A stretch of DNA of 64,000 nucleotides from Bacteroidetes bacterium GWF2_33_38 (GTDB lineage Bacteria > Bacteroidota > Bacteroidia > Bacteroidales > GWF2-33-38): the NCBI GenBank assembly GCA_001769505.1, contig MEOF01000045.1, positions 42,718 through 106,717 on the forward strand, given 5' to 3'. Below are positions 19,200-28,365 of the stretch, piece by piece; the stretch's first letter is position 1; each line of letters starts with the position of its first letter. The notes beneath the pieces were generated by a model. It did not search any database. It was not told the origin of the DNA and worked only from the letters and a program-made list of their open reading frames with translations. The position numbers and the translations under genes were made by a program.

Positions 19200-20225
19200 A
19201 TGAAAAAAATTATTAAAATCGGAGGCGAGTTTGATATTAATCCGAATATCCTTGAAGGATATCCCGATTATACACCAAACAATAATACATATTTGTATTC
19301 TAGCGGAAGAAGTGCTCTAATGGCAATACTTAAGCAAGTAAGCACATACGGAAAATCTATAATTCATATACCTTATTATATTTGCCCCTCCGTTGTTTTT
19401 GCATGTGAAAAAGCAGGATTTGACGTTAAATTTTATGAGCTAGATAAAAATTATTTATTCCCTCTAGAGTACTTGACGAACATTAGAATAAATGACGTTG
19501 TTTTAACAGTAAACTATTTCGGCTTTGTTGATGATAATCCGACAATACTTGAAATTAGAAATTTACGACCAGACATAACAATTATTAGTGATCAAGTTCA
19601 ATCCTTTTGGACTTATGATAAAACTGAGGCTGACTTTTCTTTTACCAGCTTAAGAAAGCATTTTCCAATACCTGATGGGGCATTAATATATTCTAAAAAT
19701 CAGCCCATTGAGCTTAAATTTTCTTTAAAAGAATCTTTTTTTTACAAAAATAAGCTTATCGGCTCATTGTTGAAAAATCAAAGCCTGCCAGATAATATAT
19801 ATCTTAAATTTTTTGAAGATGCAGAATTAGAGCTAGACATTGAGAAAGAACCATTAAAAGCATCGAAATTATCACATTTCTTATATGAAAAGATTGATTT
19901 TGAAAAAATTAGAACCAAAAGAAACGAAAATTATAAATATACCTACGAAATAGGACTGCAATTTGGATTGAATTTTATGTTTTCTTATAACGATTCTGTT
20001 ACCCCATTAAATGTTCCAATTTTATTAAATAACAGAGACCATGTTCGCAAAAAAATAATGAATAACAATATTTTTTTGCCTATTCATTGGACTCAATCAA
20101 ATTATAATATTTGTTCTGACACGGCAAAAAGAATTGGAATAAATGAATTATCTTTGGTTATTGATCAGCGTTATTCAAAAGAAGAAATATACTATCAAAT
20201 AGAAATAATAAGCAAAATGATATGA
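19200..20225 (+). CDS. Hypothetical protein, possibly a DegT-like (fold-type I PLP) enzyme
   Basis: Weak resemblance only: ...YSSGRSALMAIL..., SFTSLRKHFPIPDGAL in the position of the PLP-lysine loop. The ATG at 19200 is preferred over the TTG at 19191. Confidence 0.35.
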   Translation: MKKIIKIGGEFDINPNILEGYPDYTPNNNTYLYSSGRSALMAILKQVSTYGKSIIHIPYYICPSVVFACEKAGFDVKFYELDKNYLFPLEYLTNIRINDVVLTVNYFGFVDDNPTILEIRNLRPDITIISDQVQSFWTYDKTEADFSFTSLRKHFPIPDGALIYSKNQPIELKFSLKESFFYKNKLIGSLLKNQSLPDNIYLKFFEDAELELDIEKEPLKASKLSHFLYEKIDFEKIRTKRNENYKYTYEIGLQFGLNFMFSYNDSVTPLNVPILLNNRDHVRKKIMNNNIFLPIHWTQSNYNICSDTAKRIGINELSLVIDQRYSKEEIYYQIEIISKMI

Positions 20226-20782
20226 TTAGTGAAGCAAAAAGATTTGTATTATTTATCGGAACTCGACTAGAAGCTTTTAAAGCGACTCAAATACTTATAG
20301 AAGGGAAAAGCGAATATTCACTTTATGTCGCAACTTTTTTAAATACTAAATTGCATGAATATTTAGTAAACACGAATTATAATTCACACAAAGTGTTCAG
20401 TAAATCCAAAAATCAGGCATTAAACGAATTACAAACAATTATTTGCGAATTGAATCCTGAATTTGTAATTTCCGTGGGGTTTCCTTATATTATACCCCCA
20501 AATATACTTGATTATAAGGAAATTCGTTTCTATAATTTGCACCCACATATTCTGCCTAAATGGAAAGGATATAATGCAATTAAAGACAGTTTAGCCCAAA
20601 ACGAAAATTATTTTGGAGCAACTTTTCATAATATGACGGTAGAAGTTGATGATGGCGAAATTATATTTCAACAAGGTTTCATCCTTGATAATAGAAATTT
20701 ACCTCACATTTACGATGCTTTATTCTCTATAATTGAACCTTTTGTCATAATTAATGGGCTAAAAAGAGTATTGAATGAATAA
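20222..20782 (+). CDS. Formyltransferase-family protein (N-terminal catalytic domain only)
   Basis: YNLHPHILPKWKGYNAIKDSL matches the N-x-H-x-S-L-L-P-x-x-R/K-G formyltransferase motif; 186 aa. Confidence 0.6.
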   Translation: MISEAKRFVLFIGTRLEAFKATQILIEGKSEYSLYVATFLNTKLHEYLVNTNYNSHKVFSKSKNQALNELQTIICELNPEFVISVGFPYIIPPNILDYKEIRFYNLHPHILPKWKGYNAIKDSLAQNENYFGATFHNMTVEVDDGEIIFQQGFILDNRNLPHIYDALFSIIEPFVIINGLKRVLNE

Positions 20783-21821
20783 CAATAATTACACACAGTG
20801 TCTTAATCTATTTTCAATTAAAAATAAAGACATATATTTCTTGGAAAACTACATGAGAATTTATGAGTCAGACAATGAAAACAAAATGAATTTTTACTTT
20901 TTTGAACAACAAAACAATATTGCTTTGTATCCTTTTTTTAAAAATATGATTCCTGAAATTTATAATAACTATAATCAAAACTTCTACGACATTCAAAGTG
21001 CTTATGGGTATTGTGGAATTTTAACCAACTCATATGAACCTTCATTTATTAACGATTTTTATAAGTCATTTGAAAAATATTGCATACAGAATAATATTAT
21101 AGCCGAATTTACACGTTTTAACCCACTTTTACAAAACCATCAATTTTCGAAAAATCATCTAACTGTAATTTTCGATAGGGAAACCGTTGCTCTTGAATTA
21201 AATCAGAGCTATGACAATATTTGGTTAAATGAATATTCTTCCAAAAATAGGAATATGATTAGAAAAGCCCAAAAATTAGGATTTTCTTCAAAAATCATTT
21301 CAAACCCATCAAAAGAAGACATTGATAAATTTATTTCCATTTATTACCATAGTATGGAGAAGGTTGGAGCTGAAAAATATTATTTTTTCGACAATAATTA
21401 TTTTTATAATATTTTCGGCGATTTAAAGGAAAATTCCTACTTATTCTTTATAATTGACAACGAAAATCAAGTTGTTTGTTCTTCAATTTTCTTTCATTAT
21501 GGCGATTATTTTCATTATCATCTTTCGGGGAGAAGTGAAAAAGCAGATAATTCTGTTAATAGTTTCCTTTTGGATGAAGCAGTCAAATTTGCTAAAAGCA
21601 AAGGTGCAATTACTTTCCATTTTGGCGGTGGACGGACTGCCGACTCTGACGATAGTTTGCTAAAATTTAAAACCAGTTTTTCTAAAACCAGGTTATCATT
21701 TTATATTGGGAAAAAAATACACAATACAGAGGTTTACACTAATATTGTAAAACAATGGGAAAAGTTGTTCCCAGAAAAAATCGAAAAGTTTAAAAATCAT
21801 ATTCTAAAATACAGATACTAG
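20775..21821 (+). CDS. FemAB-like / GNAT-fold acyl- or aminoacyl-transferase
   Basis: Size (348 aa) and a C-terminal ...YHLSGRS...NSFLLDEAVKFAKSKGAITFHFGGG pattern resemble FemAB/BioF2-like GNAT proteins. The call comes from memory of the family only. Confidence 0.5.
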   Translation: MNNNNYTQCLNLFSIKNKDIYFLENYMRIYESDNENKMNFYFFEQQNNIALYPFFKNMIPEIYNNYNQNFYDIQSAYGYCGILTNSYEPSFINDFYKSFEKYCIQNNIIAEFTRFNPLLQNHQFSKNHLTVIFDRETVALELNQSYDNIWLNEYSSKNRNMIRKAQKLGFSSKIISNPSKEDIDKFISIYYHSMEKVGAEKYYFFDNNYFYNIFGDLKENSYLFFIIDNENQVVCSSIFFHYGDYFHYHLSGRSEKADNSVNSFLLDEAVKFAKSKGAITFHFGGGRTADSDDSLLKFKTSFSKTRLSFYIGKKIHNTEVYTNIVKQWEKLFPEKIEKFKNHILKYRY

Positions 21822-21822
21822 T

Positions 21823-22845
21823 ATGACTAAAGTAATAATTATCGCAGAAGCAGGGGTTAATCATAATGGAGATATTGATTTAGCCTTTAAGCTTATTGAT
21901 GCAGCTGCAGAGGCTGGGGTTGACTATATTAAATTTCAAACATTCATCACAGAATTTATTGTTGATAAAAGTGCACAAAAGGCTGAATATCAAAAAACAA
22001 CAACAAGTAGCGAAGAAACACAGTTTGAAATGATCAAAAAATTGGAATTTACCTTTGAAGACTTTCATAAGTTAAAGGCATACTGTGAAAAGAAGAATGT
22101 TAAGTTTCTTACTACAGCTGCAGATTTAGTTAGCCTTGAAAAAATTGATGAATACAGTTTAGATTATATAAAAATTGCATCAGGGGAATTAACTAATATT
22201 CTCTTTCTCAGAAAAGCAGCGTTAAAGAAAAAACCAATTATTCTTTCTACAGGAATGGCAACGCTTAGTGAAATAGACATAGCACTAAAAACATTACGTG
22301 ATGGAGGTGCTTCAATTGATGATATAACAGTACTACATTGTAATACAGAATATCCTACGCCTTTCGAAGATGTCAATCTAAAAGCGATGAATACTATTGC
22401 ACAATCTTTTAAAGTTAAAGTTGGGTATTCAGATCATACATTAGGAATTGAAATCCCTATCGCAGCAGTTGCAATGGGTGCAACTATTATTGAAAAGCAT
22501 TTTACAATTGATAAAAAATTACATGGTCCCGATCATGCAGCATCGCTTACCCCCGAAGAATTAAAAGCAATGGTAAAAGCTATTAGAAATGTTGAATGTG
22601 GTATTTTTGGTTCGGGCAGAAAAGAACCAAGTAAGTCGGAGTCCAAAAATATAATTATTGTCAGAAAAAGTTTATTTGCTTCCAATTCGATATCAAAAGG
22701 GGACATTTTTTCAGAATCAAACCTTATTCTGAAAAGACCAGGAGATGGCATTCCTGCAATAGATATTGACAAAATTTTAGGAAAAAAAGCCAATTCCAAT
22801 ATTGAAAAAGGACAAAAACTAAATTATACAGATATTGCATGGTGA
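21823..22845 (+). CDS. neuB: N-acetylneuraminate/legionaminate synthase family (NeuB/LegI)
   Basis: IIAEAGVNHNGD N-terminus, ...GYSDHT... motif and a C-terminal SAF domain. Confidence 0.9.
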   Translation: MTKVIIIAEAGVNHNGDIDLAFKLIDAAAEAGVDYIKFQTFITEFIVDKSAQKAEYQKTTTSSEETQFEMIKKLEFTFEDFHKLKAYCEKKNVKFLTTAADLVSLEKIDEYSLDYIKIASGELTNILFLRKAALKKKPIILSTGMATLSEIDIALKTLRDGGASIDDITVLHCNTEYPTPFEDVNLKAMNTIAQSFKVKVGYSDHTLGIEIPIAAVAMGATIIEKHFTIDKKLHGPDHAASLTPEELKAMVKAIRNVECGIFGSGRKEPSKSESKNIIIVRKSLFASNSISKGDIFSESNLILKRPGDGIPAIDIDKILGKKANSNIEKGQKLNYTDIAW

Positions 22846-23969
22846 AAATAGGCGTTTTGACAAGTTCTAGAGCCGATTTTGGAGTTTACTTACCTTTGCT
22901 AAAAGCATTTGTTAAAGATTCCGAAATTAGTTTTGAAATTATTGCTTTTGGAACTCATTTATCGAATTTACATGGTTATACAATAAATGAGATTCGCGAA
23001 AGTGGTTTTATCGTTAAATTTGAAATTTCATCTATGCTTGCTGATGATTCCGAATTAGCTGTTTCAACATCTGGAGCATTAACTTCATTGAAATTCTCGG
23101 ATTTTTGGGATAAATATAAAGATGAATTTGATTTGGTGCTTTGTTTAGGCGATCGTTTTGAAATGTTTTCAGCTGTCATTGCTGGAATTCCTTTTGGAAT
23201 TAAATTTGCTCATTTTTATGGAGGCGATTATAGTCAGGGTGCAATAGACAATGTTTATAGGAATGGAATGACACATTCGTCAATTTTACATTTTACCTCA
23301 ACAACTAAGTGTGCCAATCGTGTTCGAGCTATGATTAATTCGAAAGAAAATGTATATGATGTTGGTATTTTAAGTTTGAGTGGATTAAATAAAGTTAAGT
23401 TTTTGTCAAAAAACGATTTTTATACCAAATGGCATATCGACTTAAATATACCTACAATACTCATTACTTTTCATCCTGAAACAATTGATAGCCATAGCAA
23501 CGAAATATATTCACAAGTTGTATATGACGTTTTATTAGAACTAAAAAAAACATATCAATTAGTAATTACCATGCCCAATGCCGATACCAACGGTATTACA
23601 TACAGAAGAAAATACGAATTATTCACTAAAGAAGACTCTAAAAATGTTTTTTTAATTGAAAATTTTGGAATTGAATCATATATGACTTGTATGAAATATT
23701 CCTTGTTAATGATTGGAAATACATCAAGTGGAATAACTGAATCAGCGTCCTTTAATAAATATTTTGTAAATGTTGGAAAAAGACAAAAGGGCAGAGAGAT
23801 GGGAAATAATATAATAAATTCGGATTTTGAAAAAAGCATGTTAATCCAATCCATAAATCTCGCCCTATCACTTGGAGAATTTAATGAAGATAACATCTAT
23901 TTTAAAAAAGATGCTATCGATGGAGTCCTATCGACAATAAAGTTTTTGTTAGAGAATAAACGAATATAA
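22839..23969 (+). CDS. neuC: UDP/GDP-N-acetylglucosamine-type 2-epimerase (hydrolysing), NeuC/LegG-like
   Basis: KIGVLTSSRADFG N-terminus, ...LGDRFE..., ...GNTSSGI... motifs. Overlaps the neuB stop. Confidence 0.85.
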   Translation: MVKIGVLTSSRADFGVYLPLLKAFVKDSEISFEIIAFGTHLSNLHGYTINEIRESGFIVKFEISSMLADDSELAVSTSGALTSLKFSDFWDKYKDEFDLVLCLGDRFEMFSAVIAGIPFGIKFAHFYGGDYSQGAIDNVYRNGMTHSSILHFTSTTKCANRVRAMINSKENVYDVGILSLSGLNKVKFLSKNDFYTKWHIDLNIPTILITFHPETIDSHSNEIYSQVVYDVLLELKKTYQLVITMPNADTNGITYRRKYELFTKEDSKNVFLIENFGIESYMTCMKYSLLMIGNTSSGITESASFNKYFVNVGKRQKGREMGNNIINSDFEKSMLIQSINLALSLGEFNEDNIYFKKDAIDGVLSTIKFLLENKRI

Positions 23970-24065
23970 ACATGTTATTAACTATAAATACATCATGTTT
24001 TTGCGGTATAATATAGAGTAAGATTTTAATGAAGATGATTTGATAAAAATTTAAAACTTTAACTG

Positions 24066-25115
24066 ATGAACAACAATCTTCAAAAATACACCATCAATCA
24101 AAATGCTTCCCTTATCGAAGCGTTAAAAAAAATGTCGGAAATACCAGACACCTTAAACTTGTTTGTGCTAAACGACCAAGAAGAACTTATTGGGACTCTT
24201 ACCGATGGAGATGTTCGCCGAGGCTTGATAAACGGACTTAATGTAAATTCAAAATTAATAGATTTTATTTTTAGAGATTTCCAATACATAAAAGCAGGGA
24301 ATTTTGATAAAAAAATAATCACCATTATTCGCAAAAAGAACATTAAAATTGTTCCTATTCTTGATAATAACAACCAAATTATCAAATTGTTAAATTTCAA
24401 AAAAATTAAATCTCTCATTCCTGCCGATGCAGTTTTAATGGCAGGAGGCGAGGGGCTGCGATTACGCCCACTTACCGAAAAAACACCAAAGCCATTGTTG
24501 AAAATCGGAGGAAAAGCAATTATTGAATATAATATTGACCGATTACAACAATTTGGAATTCAAAATCAATTTATCTCAATCAACTATTTGGGAGAGCAAA
24601 TAATTTCTTTCTGTAAACACAAAGAATCAGATATTAATTTCAAATTTATAAGAGAAACCAAGCCTCTTGGAACAATTGGCTCGGTAAAACTCGTTGAACA
24701 TTTCGAAAATGACTATATTTTAATCATGAATTCTGATTTATTGACAAACATCAACTTTGAAGATTTTTACGATTCTTTTGTTTCTAAGAATGCCGATATG
24801 ATTGTTGCTGCAATTCCTTATAAAGTTGATTTGCCATACGCTATATTTGAAACCGAAGATCGCAATATATTGTCGTTCAAAGAAAAGCCAAGTTATACAT
24901 ATTATGCCAATGCAGGAATTTATCTCATCAAAAAAGAGTTGATTAACTTAATCCCTTCAGACGAGATTTTTAATGCAACAGATTTTATGCAAGCCGTCAT
25001 CAACAAAGGATTACAAGTGGTTCATTACCCAATTCGCTCGTATTGGCTCGACATCGGAAATCCCGACGATTTTGAAAAAGCTCAACGAGATGTATCTCAT
25101 ATTGATTTCGATTAA
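24066..25115 (+). CDS. CBS-domain sugar-phosphate nucleotidyltransferase (PtmE-like)
   Basis: N-terminal CBS pair (...LTDGDVRRGL...) followed by the LMAGGEGLRLRPLTEKTPKPLL nucleotidyltransferase motif. Confidence 0.8.
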   Translation: MNNNLQKYTINQNASLIEALKKMSEIPDTLNLFVLNDQEELIGTLTDGDVRRGLINGLNVNSKLIDFIFRDFQYIKAGNFDKKIITIIRKKNIKIVPILDNNNQIIKLLNFKKIKSLIPADAVLMAGGEGLRLRPLTEKTPKPLLKIGGKAIIEYNIDRLQQFGIQNQFISINYLGEQIISFCKHKESDINFKFIRETKPLGTIGSVKLVEHFENDYILIMNSDLLTNINFEDFYDSFVSKNADMIVAAIPYKVDLPYAIFETEDRNILSFKEKPSYTYYANAGIYLIKKELINLIPSDEIFNATDFMQAVINKGLQVVHYPIRSYWLDIGNPDDFEKAQRDVSHIDFD

Positions 25116-25135
25116 ACATTATGATAATACATCGA

Positions 25136-25258
25136 TTAACTTTGACAAAGTTATTCTTAAGAAAATTGAAAATACTTAATATTCAGCAGCATAATAAAAT
25201 CGACAACTTTGTCAAAGTTTTAATTATCAGGTTAATATAAAAATTAAACGAACTATTG
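25136..25258 (+). repeat. Double-palindrome intergenic repeat, copy A1
   Basis: ~90% identical to 36726-36849 (my hand alignment). Perfect palindromes AACTTTGACAAAGTT (25138-25152) and AACTTTGTCAAAGTT (25205-25219). The tail ATATAAAAATTAAACGAACTATTG ends 2 nt before the neuA ATG. Confidence 0.9.
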
Positions 25259-25260
25259 TC

Positions 25261-25947
25261 ATGATAAACAATACTAAAATTTTAGCCATTATTACGGCTA
25301 GAGCTGGAAGCAAAAGATTGCCCAATAAAAACATTAAAAACTTAGCTGGCAAACCTCTAATTGCTTGGTCAATTGAAGCCGCATTAAGTTCAAAATATAT
25401 TGATAAAACAATTGTTTCGACCGATTCTAACGAAATAAAAAAAATATCAGAGTCTTACGGAGCAAGCGTTCCCTTTATTCGTCCAACTGAATTAGCAAGC
25501 GATACCTCCGATTCAATTTCAGTTTTAAAACACGCCATCGACTTTTTTCAAAATGAATATAAATACATAGTTCTATTGCAACCCACCTCTCCGTTACGTT
25601 CTGTTGACGATATTAACGCAGCGATTGAAATGCTAAACAATGATACAAAATCAGTAATATCTGTATGCGAAACTGACCATTCTCCTCTATGGGCAAATGT
25701 TTTGCCCGAAGATTTTTCGATGGAAAATTTTATACGTCCTGAAATTAGAAACAAGCGTTCTCAAGATTTACCAAAATATTACCGATTAAACGGAGCTGTT
25801 TACGTATCTGAGATTAAATATCTTTACGAAAACAACGGATTTTTAGGACATCAAACAAAAGCCTATGTAATGCCACGTGAAAGAAGCATTGATATTGACA
25901 ACGAAATTGATTTTAAACTTGCGGAACTAGTATTAAAATCGGAATAA
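25261..25947 (+). CDS. neuA: N-acylneuraminate (nonulosonate) cytidylyltransferase
   Basis: AIITARAGSKRLPNKN N-terminus and ...LQPTSPLR... motif. Confidence 0.9.
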   Translation: MINNTKILAIITARAGSKRLPNKNIKNLAGKPLIAWSIEAALSSKYIDKTIVSTDSNEIKKISESYGASVPFIRPTELASDTSDSISVLKHAIDFFQNEYKYIVLLQPTSPLRSVDDINAAIEMLNNDTKSVISVCETDHSPLWANVLPEDFSMENFIRPEIRNKRSQDLPKYYRLNGAVYVSEIKYLYENNGFLGHQTKAYVMPRERSIDIDNEIDFKLAELVLKSE

Positions 25948-26146
25948 TTATTCAACTTGTTATACAAGACGTTCAATCGTATTGAGTATTAAATCAAAAC
26001 TACACGAGCATTTTTAAAAGATAAATCATAACGGAGGCATTTAAAAAAACGTGTTTCTGTCGTAAAAAGGGTGATTTTTTTTGATAAAATGTACATAAAT
26101 ATTCGATTATCACTATATTTACTTTCTTTTACATAAAAAAACACAC

Positions 26147-27295
26147 ATGAAAGTTGCTTTAATAACCGGAATTACAGGTCAAGATGGGGCATATCTAGCC
26201 GAATTACTCCTCAAAAAAGGCTATAGAGTACATGGTCTGAAAAGAAGAAGTTCGTTGTTTAATACCGGACGAATCGACCATTTATTTAATAAAGACAGAG
26301 AAGAAAAATCCGCTTTCAGCTACGTATATGGCGATTTAACCGATTCGACAAATCTTATTCGGATAATCAAAGAAATAATGCCCGACGAGATTTACAATTT
26401 AGCAGCAATGAGCCATGTTAAAGTTAGTTTCGATACTCCTGAATATACAGGCAATGCTGATGGATTAGGAACATTGCGAATTTTGGAAGCGGTTCGATTG
26501 TTGGGTTTAGAGAAAAAAACGAAGGTATATCAGGCTTCTACATCGGAGTTGTACGGAAAAGTTCAAGAAATTCCACAAACCGAAAAAACCCCATTTTACC
26601 CACGCAGTCCATACGGTGTTGCAAAACTTTACGGATATTGGATTACGGTTAATTATCGCGAAGCATATGGTTTACACGCCAGCAACGGAATTTTGTTTAA
26701 TCACGAATCTCCATTACGTGGCGAAACCTTTGTAACCCGAAAAATTACTCGTGCGGTTTCAAATATTGCCTTAGGATTTCAGCATTCCTTACATCTTGGA
26801 AACCTCGATGCAAAAAGAGATTGGGGGCACGCCAAAGATTATGTAAAAGCAATGTATTTAATTTTGCAACAAGATACCCCCGATGATTATGTAATTGCAA
26901 CCGGAGTTACAACTCCTGTAAGAGAATTTGTCAGAAAAGCATTTAATTATATCGGACTTGAAATCGATTTTCAAGGAGAAGGAATTCAAGAAGAAGGTAA
27001 AATAAACAGTATTGATACAGAAAAATTTGAACCTATTGTCGGTAAAAAAGCGACGCATTTAACAATCGGACAAACTCTCGTTCGAGTCGACCCATTTTAC
27101 TTCCGCCCGACTGAAGTCGATTTGCTGGTTGGCGACGCCTCAAAAGCAAAAACAAAATTAGGATGGATACCTAAATACAATGTTGACATGCTAATTGACG
27201 ACATGATGAAAAACGATATTTATCTGATGAAGAAAGACGAATATCTTAAAAACGGAGGATTTTTGATACAACCACAGATAGAAGACATTGTTTAA
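26147..27295 (+). CDS. gmd: GDP-mannose 4,6-dehydratase
   Basis: [24 protein letters not shown]-terminus, ...ASTSELYG..., ...[11 protein letters not shown]... Confidence 0.95.
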   Translation: MKVALITGITGQDGAYLAELLLKKGYRVHGLKRRSSLFNTGRIDHLFNKDREEKSAFSYVYGDLTDSTNLIRIIKEIMPDEIYNLAAMSHVKVSFDTPEYTGNADGLGTLRILEAVRLLGLEKKTKVYQASTSELYGKVQEIPQTEKTPFYPRSPYGVAKLYGYWITVNYREAYGLHASNGILFNHESPLRGETFVTRKITRAVSNIALGFQHSLHLGNLDAKRDWGHAKDYVKAMYLILQQDTPDDYVIATGVTTPVREFVRKAFNYIGLEIDFQGEGIQEEGKINSIDTEKFEPIVGKKATHLTIGQTLVRVDPFYFRPTEVDLLVGDASKAKTKLGWIPKYNVDMLIDDMMKNDIYLMKKDEYLKNGGFLIQPQIEDIV

Positions 27296-27816
27296 GGGTG
27301 ATGAAGAGGGGAAAGTAATGTAGTGATGGAGTACGAAGTGATGGAGTAACGGAGTAATGTAGTGATGATAGTTAAGAAGTGATGGCGGGAAAAATAACGA
27401 AGTAATGTAGTGATGATAGTGAAGAAGTAACAGAGTTAAGAAGTAATGAAGAGGAAAAATGAAAACACATAATGATTTAGATGCTTGGAAAAGCTCGCTA
27501 GAGTTTGTTACACAAATATACAAATTCAACGAAACTTTTTCGAAAAGTGAAGAATTTGGACTTAAAAATCAACTGAGACAAGCGACTTTTTCTATCCCTT
27601 TAAATATTGCTGAGGGAGTAGCCCAAAATCATACTAAAGAATTAATAAAAGTAAAAGAACTCGACATAATTAAAATTAAGCAGAGCAATCAAATACAAAA
27701 AAAAACAGAACGTCCCAAAACTTCATAACCCTCATAACTATGCTACTCCATTACGATATAACTCTCATTACTCTCATAACTATGTTACTCCATAACTATT
27801 ATAACTCTACAAAAAA
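27296..27816 (+). repeat. Four-helix-bundle cassette E2: word array, truncated ORF, complementary word array; fills the gmd/rmlC-like spacer
   Basis: Upstream (27296-27458): GTGATGR/GTAATGR/GTAACGR/GTTAAGR words. Downstream (27729-27816): CATAAC/CATTAC/TTACTC words. Confidence 0.75.
27459..27728 (+). pseudogene. Four-helix-bundle (23S-IVS/Avd-like) gene with an internal deletion
   Basis: The first ~60 codons parallel 29238-29552 (MKTH.DLDAWKSS.EFVTQ.YK...NIAEG...NHTKE). The FIQFLYISLGSLSEVETQLII helix region is then missing and the reading continues into tail sequence. Confidence 0.7.
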
Positions 27817-28353
27817 ATGTCATACAAAGATTTTGAAATAACTCATTCAACAATAATTCCCGATGTATTGATTATAAAACCATCAATATCGTGGGACAGC
27901 AGAGGAAATATTTTCTCAAGCTACAATGCCGATTTTTACAACGAATTTTTATCGCAAAAACTTAATTTTAAACACGATAAATTTGCTCTATCTAAGCACA
28001 ATGTTCTACGGGGTTTGCACGGCGACAGCAAAACATGGAAATTAGTTTCCTGTGTTTATGGTGAAATACTCGAAGTGGTAGTTGACATGCGTCCCGATTC
28101 ACCTACATATATGAAATGGGATAGCTTTGACCTTAAAGCCGACGAATATCGTCAAATATTAATCCCTCCTATGTTTGTAAATGGTTATTACGTAAAAAGT
28201 GAAAACGCTTTATTTCATTACAAATTGGCTTATGATGGCGATTATATTGATGCCGGCGAACAAATGACTTTCAGCTGGGACGACGAAAGATTTAATATAA
28301 AATGGGGCTGTACAAATCCAATTTTACAGGCTCGCGATAACATTAACCGTTAA
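27817..28353 (+). CDS. RmlC-like cupin: NDP-4-keto-6-deoxyhexose 3,5-epimerase family
   Basis: ...LRGLHGD...WKLVSCVYGEILEVVVDMR... matches the RmlC core. Confidence 0.75.
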   Translation: MSYKDFEITHSTIIPDVLIIKPSISWDSRGNIFSSYNADFYNEFLSQKLNFKHDKFALSKHNVLRGLHGDSKTWKLVSCVYGEILEVVVDMRPDSPTYMKWDSFDLKADEYRQILIPPMFVNGYYVKSENALFHYKLAYDGDYIDAGEQMTFSWDDERFNIKWGCTNPILQARDNINR

Positions 28354-28365
28354 CATTTGACGACA

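Noticed and set aside
26080-26121. Bacteroidetes-type promoter upstream of gmd (TTTG at 26080-26083, TATATTTA at 26114-26121); a similar attempt upstream of the giant gene (47300-47349)
   Set aside because: The spacing (30 nt) does not fit the reported 19-21 nt between -33 TTTG and -7 TAnnTTTG, and the -7 match is imperfect. I could not call promoters reliably by eye.
27191-27529. 112-aa minus-strand ORF rich in HHYIT repeats (likewise 29026-29211 minus)
   Set aside because: An artefact of translating the complementary strand of the word arrays. It overlaps the gmd 3' end and the cassette flank.
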